64,000 nucleotides of DNA from NCBI GenBank assembly GCA_965649825.1, contig OZ287694.1, positions 2,073,292 to 2,137,291 on the forward strand. The letters run 5' to 3'. This document shows, piece after piece, positions 1-11,000 of the stretch (the first letter of the stretch is position 1; every line of letters starts with the position of its first letter). The notes under the pieces are model-generated. The model searched no databases and was not told the origin of the DNA. It was given only the letters and a program-made list of their open reading frames with translations. The translations under genes were made by a program, and so were the position numbers. The DNA is from Penicillus capitatus (lineage: Eukaryota > Plantae > Chlorophyta).

Positions 1-1271
1 ACTCTCTCGGATGCGTTTGTCTGTCAGGACCTCGACGGCAACACGCGGAGTTTCCAGTAGGCACACAGGTGCTCTCGCGGAAACAGGGCGCGCTCCGGGT
101 CGCCCGAGACGCAGCCCAAACTTCAACCAGCCGTCCGTCACGAAACCGCTATCTGTACTGCCTTGGGAGCAGCGTGGCAGCAAGAACAGAAACCGAATCA
201 CACGCTCGGAACTTCGACTCCCTGCACACACAACATTACTCCATCTTACTGCCCCTCCGCTTACGATCCCTCAGGTGGATCGTTGGTTTGACGCCAGCGA
301 TCAAGCGTCCCTCACATTTCAGGTAGCTCCTCTCTGGAGAGGACGGATGGATAAGCAGCACGCGGCACTCTACCGGAACAGAATCGCCGGACGACAGATC
401 GAGAACATCTAACTCGATGTCACTGCCTCCATTCCCGTGCAACCAAATTCCCCTGTGTACACTCCTAGCGCATCGTCCCGGAGCACATAGGGTGGATACC
501 ATTGCTTTCCGTCGAAGTCAAAAGTGTCCGTCCAAAACGGCGCGTTACCCGGTCGAGGCCGCACTCTCCACTGAACGAAACCAAAGTCAGAAGAACGCGT
601 GTTACGTACAGACCACTCGTGTACCACGCAGCAGATGTCATCACCGCCCTCGCAGACAGTGAAGTCCGCCTCGATGGACGGATACAGTGCGAGTCGGAAA
701 TGGATGGAGATGTATCCGAGATGCGATGCTCGCCATTGGCTCGAATGGAGCGTCCCTCCATAGCGTCCGTTCTGCTCAAGTGAGCTAGATGGACCTGAAC
801 CCTATGTCGGTTGAATAGGGGAATGCGCCCGTGGCCATCGTGACCTGGAATGGAGACGAGATTCGTCATCGACCAGCAGCATCGAAGCGATGTTCTTGCG
901 GCGACGGGACTGCACAGGTGCCAAACTGCTTCGAGGCTTCTGTCCTCCCGGGCCGTCACACAAGCCCTCCTGTACGTCGCTTCAGACACCACACGTTATT
1001 GCGGCTGTTTCACCAATTGTGTCCCAGGAACGCGATCTCTCTCGTTTCGAGCTGTTCCCCTGGTCGCTTCAGGAGACCCTCATGCACGTCGATCTGTCGC
1101 GACGAAGTCGGAGACGGAAATGTAGAAGGTTGAAAGTACGGAGAGTCGGGCGGTGTGTCCAGCGACGTTGGGTTTGCAGATTCGGTACTCGATGCCGTTC
1201 CACTGGCCGCGCTCTTCGAACACGACATCTCGGCTGTCGTCGTTATGCCGTCCGAAGCAACGCACCGGCAT
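1..1271 (-). CDS. Tandem MATH-domain protein, multi-exon; 3' end runs off the window start, 5' end uncertain; paralog of the gene at 33.7-35.8 kb
   Basis: Spliced translation gives GLLKRPGEQLETREIAFLGHNW, FWTDTFDFDGKQW and GFVTDGWLKFGLRL...VAVEVLTDKRI. These align with GLARCPKKTLQTEEIPFLGLTW, YWTKTFSFADKTW and FLHDGWLTFSVCI...VSIDVVTDRRI of the second copy, with shared intron positions. Confidence 0.6.
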
Positions 1272-1902
1272 CGAAGGTCATTTCGTTCACCGGCTGTTGA
1301 CAATCTGACACTCGGTAAAGAGAGACGCGTGTGTCGCGCGCAGACGCAAGAGCAAGCATTCAGGCTGCTGCGACTGTGGACTGAATGTTCGTACTCGAGC
1401 AAACGAAACGATGATGTGACGTTGTCATCATCGACATGCCTCTTAATGTGTAATGACTGACTCCTCTAATACTAAAGGGCGGCGAGATCTCGATTCTCTC
1501 TCCATCTGGAACGCAAGCTCGCAGAGGTCTTGAGCAGCAAAAGGGGAAGGCGGAGTTTTCGTGGCGGCATCACAGGGGTACACGATTTGGACTACTCTCG
1601 CGTTAAATTACCCTCACAAATGTGTCGTTCCTTTGTTTCATTCCCAGGAGACGTTGGTGGAAAATTGTGTGTTGCTCAATCATTTGATAATGAAGGATTT
1701 AGCAAACAATGAAATGATTGGGTACTAGAAATCCCACTGAGAAACTCATCTGAGCCACCATCCATAGGGCAAGATCGGACATGTCAGCGGCAGCTTCCCG
1801 TTAGACGTGCCTCTTAGTAAAGAAAAAACAAAAAGAGAGGGGAGATGTCGTCGCAAAGCAGGTTTGTGTGTATGCTGAACAGTCGCTTATGGCAGAGAAG
1901 GC

Positions 1903-4566
1903 TCAGGGGCCGGCGAGTTTCTGAAGGATCTGGTTAACATCGGTTCTCATCGCGCCCATGGTCTCTTCTACTTTGCGCATTCTGTCGAACATCGCTGCCA
2001 ACTCGTCCTTCACATCCCGACGGATCTCTAAACAAAACATCAATTGAAGGATCATTCGTCTCAGGTAATGGGCGGACGGACCTCCGAGAGCATTGTTGTT
2101 CCTTTCTCCTTCAAACTTGATCGTTTTTTCCAGTGCGGCAAGTTTCCCATGCCATTCTTCATCTGAAGATTCTTCTTCGATGTCTTCGGGAACCAAGTAA
2201 TGAAAATATGTGTCTTCGAAACTATAGAATTCTGCAGTTTTGCGAGTTATCGCGCTGAGTAAAATGCTCAAGCAGCAAGAGCACATCTCGCCGCATGGTT
2301 CGCCCTCAGTGGCCCTGTAGAACAAAAGAGACGGCGCTGCGTGTTTCAATTAATTTGGAGCGATCTTACCAGTTAACAAGTGCACCGACCACATCGCAGT
2401 CAATTGCTGCTTGTAATCGGTGCAACGATTGTTCTGCCTTTTCTTTTGCCCGAACTCTGTCGTGGGTATCGGTCAAGATAGAGACGAGTAAACTCATGAG
2501 GACGATGGGCCCGATATAGACGAAGGAATTGAAGAGTAAAGCCCTCCAGACTGTAAGAAAGTCACTGGACGGGCGAAGCATCTGCATCAGGTAATCTCAG
2601 TCAGAGACGCTAAGAAATGCTATCCTATGCAAGACCCACCTCGGTTTCAAAGTTCCCGAGCCCCGTGTGGAACAGTGTCTCCAGAGCATGTGGAAAGGTA
2701 TTGAAGTAGTCTCCATCGCCGTCTCCAAATCCACCGTCGAAGAGAACCATGAAAGCTGCGGAATAGCCAAGCATCAGTATTAAGCCCATCATCGCGAAAG
2801 GCAGAGAATCATTCACTGCATATCCCACCATCGAAACGAAGGGTCCCAATCGACCAACTGGGCGAAGGGTTCGAAAGAACTGAATCCACAAACATCGCAT
2901 GAGAACAGAGAGTAGGAAAAGGACTTTAAAGAATCTTACCACGACCCAACAGAGGATGCATCCAATAGATGTTGTGAAAGCAGAGAAGGTGGTGCAATGT
3001 TGAATGCAGCACGCGTGGACAAAGAGCACAGCGTCGAGGATGAGCATAATGATCCTATGTACAGACATCAAGGAGACAGATGAATGCGGAACACTGACGA
3101 GACTGCCGTACCTTAGCAGCGAAAAGGAACAGAAAATTCCCATCAGATTCCCAAGACATGGCACCGCTATGAGTGCTATCATAGTTCCATTACTGACTGG
3201 CGCATCATCGTCATTAGCATCGTCTTTATGGCTGTATAGGATGGCAAAGATCGTGAATGCCACAGCAACCACGATATCGAACAGGACGCCCATCAGATAA
3301 GTATTGCGGAAGATGCCATACGTCCAGTCAATGAAGACTCTGATGGTCGTTGATTTAAAAAGCTCTGCGAATTCTGTCGATCCGAGATAGTGAAAGGACA
3401 TCACGCCAGATCCTGACCTAAGCAGAATCACTCAGTCCCGTAAAAACCACATTAAGCAAGCGTACTTTACTACTTCAGAGTCGAAGATGTCCGTAAGCTT
3501 GATGCATGAGAATTTAGCAACGACTCAAATCTGCTCGTCTGTCGTGTCGAAGAGTTCCTCGGTGTACGCACTGTGTTGAATCCAGAGCTGCTTTGCCGCG
3601 TCACTGTCCATACTCCAGTCTTCTAAATAGTGTTCAGTGGACATCCCGACTGGAATCTTTCCATTTCGACCGAAGAGCGATTTTGGAGCGTCAAACCTGG
3701 CGTATTCTATCGTGAACTTCTCTTCCTTTAAGTAACGGAATATAAGCTTCTGAAATCGCGAGACGAGATCCCCAAGGTGCGAATCTAGGATTTCGATGGC
3801 CTCTGCGAATGGCACATATTTCCCTGCGAGTTTGACCAGGACGAAGTCGACATGGACATCAGATCTTTTGTAGATGGCCAAGCCCAAAAGATCGCCATCT
3901 TCACATTTGAATGTCACAGGAATCCCATTGCTCTTCGCATAATCGAGGAGTACGCTCGCGCAGTCAAGTTGGTCTCTCTTCACGGCATTGTAGAAAAGGG
4001 GATTCCCGTGTGCGTCAATAGCATCAATAATGCGAGTCCCGTAATCGGAAATGAGTCTGTCCAGTTCACAAGACAGTTAACGAACCATACAGAGCACGAA
4101 GAGATGCTTACTGTCTGGTGTCCTCCAACGTCCACTCCGACGGAGGCTCGAGGAACCACTTTCTCCTCTCGCCGGAGGCCGAGTCGCCGCCATCTGCAGT
4201 AGCACGCAACCGTCACCTCCGTGACGGAGATTGGAAAGCGGGACGGGAAGTCCACGCACCGTTTGCCGTCTCCTCTTTCGGCTGTTTTCTACTGTCTTCA
4301 GTGCTCGTCGAGAGTCTCGGCTCTTGACGTGGTGCACCATTCTGCTGAAGTTGAGATGAAGACGCTTCCTTTGAGGAATTCATGTGCTCACTGGTAATAA
4401 GCTTTCCATTTCTTCGGCAATCTCTTGAGGGGCTGAAGATATTTTGCTTTCTCGTCTGCCGGTCTGTCGGAGAAAACGTGTCGTCGAGTGCGAGAAAAGA
4501 CGAACAATGAACGCGTTCCGTCGATGAGTCTGACGGACGATGCGGTATTCGTTTAGTCTCCATCAT
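1903..4566 (-). pseudogene. TRP-like cation channel (short ankyrin-like region, 6TM, pore, coiled-coil tail) with one in-frame TGA
   Basis: Spliced ORFs 4213-4566, 3525-3983, 2625-3431, 2366-2587 and 1903-2349 are collinear with the intact paralog at 22087-24565 (shared EWT...QLIS, FTIEYARF, ETLFHTGLGNFE, DTHDRVRAKEKAE, YFHYLVPE). TGA at 3525-3527 lies where the paralog has Thr. Confidence 0.7.
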
Positions 4567-6272
4567 TTCATGTGTACGACCATTACTTCATGTGTCAGTG
4601 TCACTTTGCTTGCTAGTTACTCTCTTGTGAAGCTGACAGAATCTCCCCGCGTCTGAATCTTTATAAAGGTCATACTGAGCTGACTGCTCGTACAGTCAAG
4701 TCCCACTCCACTCATTCTTTTAGCAAGGATATTTGTTCTCCCATCGGCGACACGTAACGAGTATAAATTGACCCTTATTGGCATACATCATCCAAGAGAA
4801 CAAACGGTGTTTGATGTCTGTACACGACGACATCGAATACTGCGATCTCATAAAAAACGACTCACACCGTAGCCAAAGAATCTCCTTCGTTGCACGAAGG
4901 TAAGAAGTATCATCCCAGAACGACAGCCTCGTTGCCGCTTGCCCTGAAAACCACCGCAGAGTCTGGGCTTCGATTGCGATCCTTTCGTCAGATTGTCGCC
5001 TTTCGATGCTGACATTATCATCTTTGCGGCGATAATGTGTCCCACCGCTCATGATCTCTTCACCAGTCGCGATGAGGTACGAAGATTTACGAAAGATCCT
5101 TAAACGCAACGTCCTTGACATTGTCTCCAACGCTGACTGTGTTCCCTCAGCTCCTCCTCATCGATCGTACGACGACGTGTGAATAGACGGTCAATAGGGT
5201 GAACAGTCATGTAATCTGATAACCCTTTTACATTCATCCCTCCAAAACGACTGTTTCCGTATCTGCAGGAACAGATTGGTTGTACTTCAACAGTTTTTTC
5301 GTGTCTCCATCCTTCAACAAATGCTTCGGTCCATTCCTGATCCGTTTGTCACCGTCTCTGTATTGTCTTGTGCTTGGATGCGTTTCGACAACCGAATCCA
5401 TTCAAATGCCTGAGTACAGACCCCTTCGATCTCCTTGTTTCGTTCTTAGAGTTTGGAAAGAGCCGCTGACGGGATAAGCGATGAGAACAATAATCCAAGC
5501 ACGTTGAACGTGCCCAACGCCAATAAGCAGTTGTCGTTAGGGCTCATGATTCCGTCAAAAACGTCCTGATGACATCGAAAGCGACCGCCCTTATGATCGA
5601 GCGTCAGGCAAATGAGCAGCTTCTGAGAGCCGATTGGTCGTTGCTGCCTCTCTGCTTCGATAATGCCTGCCCATCCTGTCCATGACACCGTTCGTTTTGG
5701 GCACGGCTCTTTTCAGATCGGCAGACTGAAATGCAGAGGCCCGGATACTTCACACAGTCTTGACTTGTGACGTGACTGACAGTCGGACTCGGCATCGAGG
5801 CTTCGGCTGTCGAGTCTCCCTGATAATCCGGAATCGTTACTCAGGAAGGATTTCCTGGCCGAGGTTTGCCTAAGCGGGACGGGGGCGTGTCGCCCTGTTG
5901 TTTGACAGACAGGCAGTGTATTGCCAGGAGGTGAATGCGCTGCAAAGGTCGTAAGTGAGCTCCTCTCCATGAGAGGCGTGTCGCGAGGAGAACCGCGACT
6001 GACCGTGACAACAGCAGCAAGAATGAACACCACTTCAGAACGCTTCGAGGTTCCAGTTCGTTCTGAATGTGTGCCAACGGATTCCGAAGACCATTGGACC
6101 CAGACGGACTGGGCTTATGAGACGTCGAGAGTGTTTTCCACTCCCTGCCATTCTCTTCTTCTTATTAATGGCCTTGATTTTGTTGCCTGACTGTCGACTT
6201 CGAAGCGAAGCTTGTCTGAAAATCGCAGAAGGGACGTGATTGCCGCATCTCGCTTCATTAAGGTGTCCGAGA

Positions 6273-7396
6273 ATGAAGTTTTAAGCAGTTTTGCTTTACT
6301 GCGGCGATGCCCGGCGTTTGCATCCCTTGACGTCAGATGATAGGTCAGAGTGCTTGCTGCACGTGGCGACAGAGCCGTTGCTCTGGTATCCGCTCGCGGC
6401 CTTGAAGAAAGCCACAGTCGAAGGCGTCATACTGGTCAGAAGACCTTCGCCGAGCAATCCCCTCGCGCTGTCCTCTTCCAGGTCCTATACAGAAGGTTCC
6501 GCCGTGTCCCACGTGCGATCTTGGCTCGTCAAGGAGCACAACGCGCTTCCTTCGTGCGAGGTAATGCCTCCTGCGTGGAACGTGTTGAAGGTCGTCGATC
6601 AGGTGGCGACGGTCGAAGACGATGCCACAATGGCACCGGCGCTGCGGCGCTGCCTGCCACGCATCTCTTGTCCGATGGTCCTTGTCATGCGGCTGGGCGC
6701 GGTGACCGATTTCTCCTTGAGGGCTGACTCTCTGCTGTCCGTTTACTCGATCGACGGCTATGCTGCTGTCGTCGCCCTGCTGAAGCAGAAGACGAAGACT
6801 GCTGCTCAGACCAAGGCAGTGAAGATACCCAAAGTGTGACACACTGTCTGTTTGGCAGCACCTTCCAAGAGGGACACGCAAACAGGGGTGAACTATGTGG
6901 GTCTCGACGATGAAAAGAAGCTCTTCTACCATTCTAGTCGAGACGCTGTGAAGAGTCTGAGGATGGATTCCCTGCAACGTTTTGAAGGATCGTTCTCGAC
7001 TCCACGTTACAACGGACGACGGTGATGTTGGGGTCTATGTTCTGTCCAAGTCTGTCGTCTCAATTCCTCGTGGGCGCTGTCGATCTGGCGCTGCAGAGAG
7101 ACGTTGGCTTTGTTCGGAGAGAGGCCGTTACGGACTAGCATCTCAACCCACCTGCTTCCGCATCTCATCCAGAAGTCAGGGTGGCGGGGTTTGGGAACAG
7201 TCATTTGTCCCTCATCGCTTATAAAGACTCCTCTGTACGAGCCTTCCTCAATGCGGCAATCCGTCTTGATCAGTGTCTTCCTGTAAGTCTTCCGGTTTCG
7301 GTCGTTCCGCGGGATTCTGACTTGAACGAAGACATCCCTCTGGAGCACCAGAGATCCATCCAGGCCGATGAAGCGTTCCGCGGTTGGCGTAGATGA
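6273..7396 (+). pseudogene. EIF2B3: eIF2B gamma subunit pseudogene (copy 1)
   Basis: High nucleotide similarity to 25781-27494, including introns and 5' flank. It has TAA at codon 4 (CAA in the intact copy), a +1 frameshift in exon 2, a +4 insertion near 6960 and a deletion of several hundred bp between LPHLIQK and the last LbH exons. Confidence 0.9.
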
Positions 7397-8083
7397 TCTG
7401 GATGGCAATGAACAGTCTGGCTTGAGCATTGCTGCCAGTGCAATGGGTGTGTTCGCGGATAATCATTCCATCAGACGGCAAGTTTCCCGGTCTCCGGTGT
7501 CGTCCTGAAGCCCTGGAGTTTGCACCGTAACAGCTACCATGAAGCCCCTGTCCTGACGGCCGCCGCAGTGGGATCCTCAACTGCCAGCACACACGTATTT
7601 GCATGGATCCAACCGAAGCTTGTCAGTGACAGCTCTTGTCAAGTGGTTGAGTATCGACGGCAAGAAAACGACCGTCGGTCTGCCGCAGAAGGGCGAAGCT
7701 CTTCATCTTCTGTTTGCCAGATGCCTGCATCAAGCATCCGGAAGGACAGATCAATACAAGACGCTACTGATTGAGCAGATCATCGGACATCTGCCTGACA
7801 GATTCCGTCACATCGAACCCGTCCATGCGCCATTCGCCGCATCTGTGCTCTCTGATGCGACAGATGGTCTTCCTGACAATCTACAATCTGGCTGCATTCA
7901 TTCGACACTGTCACGGGATTCTCAATTAACGTCATTAGCGCTTAACTGCGTTCCAGACGTCCGATTCGTCATTTGCATTGCGAACTTTACTGTGAACGTT
8001 TCGCAACGCTGAGAACGGTAAGCTTCTTCTGCGCATGCTGTCTGCTTGACGTCAAGGTTTTCGTTTGCACAGGCTGACAAAGC

Positions 8084-11000
8084 ATGCAACCTCAAACTTC
8101 TGTCCAAGGACCAACGGCTGGGGGACCGTCCGCATCGGGAGGTGACGGTCGACCGCACCAGAGCGACTCGGACGTTGAAGAATTAGACAATCCGAAGCTC
8201 CTCCGTGCCGTCGCTAGAAAATGCGGCATAGAGAGCACGAAATCGCTGGTCACAGCGTACAATGCCACGACGGATAAGGACGAGCGTGGCGTGCTCCTGC
8301 GATGGTTACGTCAGTACAATAGGCGAAATCAAGACTGCTCGAGACCCGAGGCGGTTCTCGAGTACGCGGAACTGGCCAAGATAGTTCCTCGCGTAGTCCA
8401 AGAAGAACGTCTTCTCAGGAATTTTGTCTATGCGCTTCGGGGTAGGATCCACGAAGGCGAATTTCTAGATGAGAGAATCGCGAAGGCTCTGTTCACTTCG
8501 CTCACATGGGTCGAAGCATCTGTGTATGACGACCCTGCTCAGCTGGTGGTTCTAGCCACGGATCTTGTGTCCAGTCTATCTTGCAGGCCGAGGCTCACGA
8601 AGAAAAACTTCTCCCAATATGAAGCCACTTTCTTAGCTATCCATCAGACTTTTTTTCTTTTGCACACTATTGGCCGTGGAAGCCTGATCGAAGGAGAGAA
8701 GAAAGATCTGCGCCGAGCGGTAGCGAAGAAGAAGGAAGAAATGAAATACTCCATCACACATTACCCCGTACACTTCAGTTTCGAGCTCATTCGGCAGGCC
8801 GTCGAGCGTCTGGAAATCGAAGACGCTCCGTCGCGCCTTACGAAAGCAAAAAGATACACCGCAACCGGATTATACGGCGGAATGCATCTCTTTCATTTCT
8901 TGAGGAAGCTGGTAGGCGGTGATATCGATCCCATGGCAATTGAAGATGCGTATAGAAAGAGCCAAGAGGCCATTGCAAGTGCTGGAGTATCGGAGCGACA
9001 GTGGTATGACTTGCTCGAGATTCTGACGGCGGCAAGGCTCTGTGCGCTTAAGACAGAGGCAAAGATCGAACTGTTCATAAAATCGTACGAGGTCGTGATG
9101 GAAGGACAAAGCAAAACGAGACAAAAAGAAGAGCAGAAAGCCTTGAGGTACGGCATCATCCAAGAAGTGAAGATTCTAGCAATTCAAGGGTCCTCCGGCG
9201 ATGTCCGCAAAGAAGCGACGACAAAACTGATAGATCTGGCGACGAACTATGCAGTCCTGGAAAGGTGGATGGACGATGCAGATCTCCTCGTTGCTTTCTT
9301 GAATGCTGTACACGAGATCCACTTGATTGGTGAATATAAACCAAGGACGGAAGAAGTACTCCGAGAGATGGTTCGGTTTTGTCGAGATCACGCCAACGAA
9401 ATACTGGTGGAATGGTTGGGTGAAAGAAACCTTGAAGACAAGCTTCAAATGAAACGCCAAAGAGAGACAAAAAAAGAGCGCGAAGAGTTGTTTGTTAGCA
9501 TTGGCAGAGATGTTGGATACCTTCCCACAGCCACGATCCGCGCTAATGTAGAAGACCTCAAGAACACATATCTGCACGACAACTTTGCAAAGGTGAGTGT
9601 CTCTTCGATATCGCTGTAATCGAAAGATGATTGTGTTCGCCTTGAAGGTGCCTTCTTTGTTCGAACCAGAAACCGGTAAGCACGTAAAGGATATGGAACA
9701 TCATGTCGTCATCTATGAAGAAATTATCGAAAAAACAAGAACCGAGGGAAGAAACATATCGCGTGGTGAGAGACGAGGAGAAGAAATGGATGTGGAGGGA
9801 TCCCCTAGTCAACAAAAAGATCATCCGACGGAACACTATGAACAGAGGAAGAAGGTCGCGACAACCGTTTCTATAGAAGACTTGTTCAAACCAAGATCTC
9901 TCGAAGCGGGCATCTCGAAGAGTGAAATCGGAAAAGTGCTTCTTTACGGTAATCCCGGTACTGGGAAGACCTGCATCAGCAAAGCCATTGCACACAAATG
10001 GGCACTCGGGGAGATGTTGCAAGAGTTCAAAGCAGTATACGTAGTACCAATACGACGTCTGAACCTTGCAAAAGCCAAAGGAGTACAAGGAGAGGCGGTC
10101 GAAGAAGTAGTCGCGCAGATGTGTTTCAAGCAAAAGCGAAGCGAAGTCGGATTTGAAGAGTTGAAGACTCAAGTCTACGATGACCTCGACGTGTCTAGCA
10201 CATTGTTAATGTTTGACGGATTGGACGAAGCCGATGACGATGCGAGAGAGCTCCTTGCGGAGTCGGAAAAGGGTCGTTGCAAACTTTTGATACTAACACG
10301 ACCGTACAATCTGCGAGACATGCAAAGAAGAGTGGACTGCCAGTTCGAGTGTCTTGGCTTCAGCGAACAACAGCTGAAAAACTTCATAAACAAAGAATTG
10401 GAAGCAGAAAAAGCTTCGAGACTCGTAGAAGTCTTGCAAGAAACCCCGGCAATGTGGGAGGTGGCGCATATTCCCGTGACGGCGCATATTCTTTGTTGTT
10501 TGTCGAAAGCACACGGTACCACTTTCCAAGAAAAGGCAAAGAGAGCAAGCATGTACAAGATTTACGATGACATGACAAGTTACGTTTGGAAAAGATTCGA
10601 AGAGAAATCTGAAGCAAGAGTGGCAAACAAAGTGACGATCTTTCAAGATCTGGAGAAGATAGCATTCGAATCCATCCGAAACGGTCAAATTCTGATCGAG
10701 CAACAAATCGTCGAAAAATGGGCAGATTCCACATATGCATCAAGGCACTTCAAAGAAAGCGGTTTCCTCTTGCTCGTGTTGGAAGGCCAAGAGTACCAAT
10801 TTCCTCACCTCACGTTTCAGGAGTATTTCGCCGGAAGATACATCGCACGAAGTTTAAAACAGAAGGGATCGGACAAGGAGATAAGGGTGCTTGATTTTAT
10901 TCGTGAAGGGAAGTATAGCGAAAAGCACGCTTTGACACTGTCCTTCGCAATGCACGCATTTGGGGAAGGCCGAAGCAAACATGCCTTGAAAGAGATGCTC

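Noticed and set aside
3525-3527. In-frame TGA read as selenocysteine
   Set aside because: The paralog has Thr, not Cys, at this position, and I see no SECIS element.
6282-6284. TAA at a Gln position in eIF2B gamma copy 1 suggested the TAR-to-Gln code used by some ulvophytes
   Set aside because: This copy also has frameshifts and a large deletion. Long genes (NACHT, NR, gag-pol) have no in-frame TAR, and TAA/TAG end the intact eIF2B gamma, FTSH4, the KH gene and gag-pol.
7599-8012. ORF just upstream of the NLR as a possible paired effector gene
   Set aside because: No recognisable domain or amyloid-like motif and no clear exon structure; unsupported.
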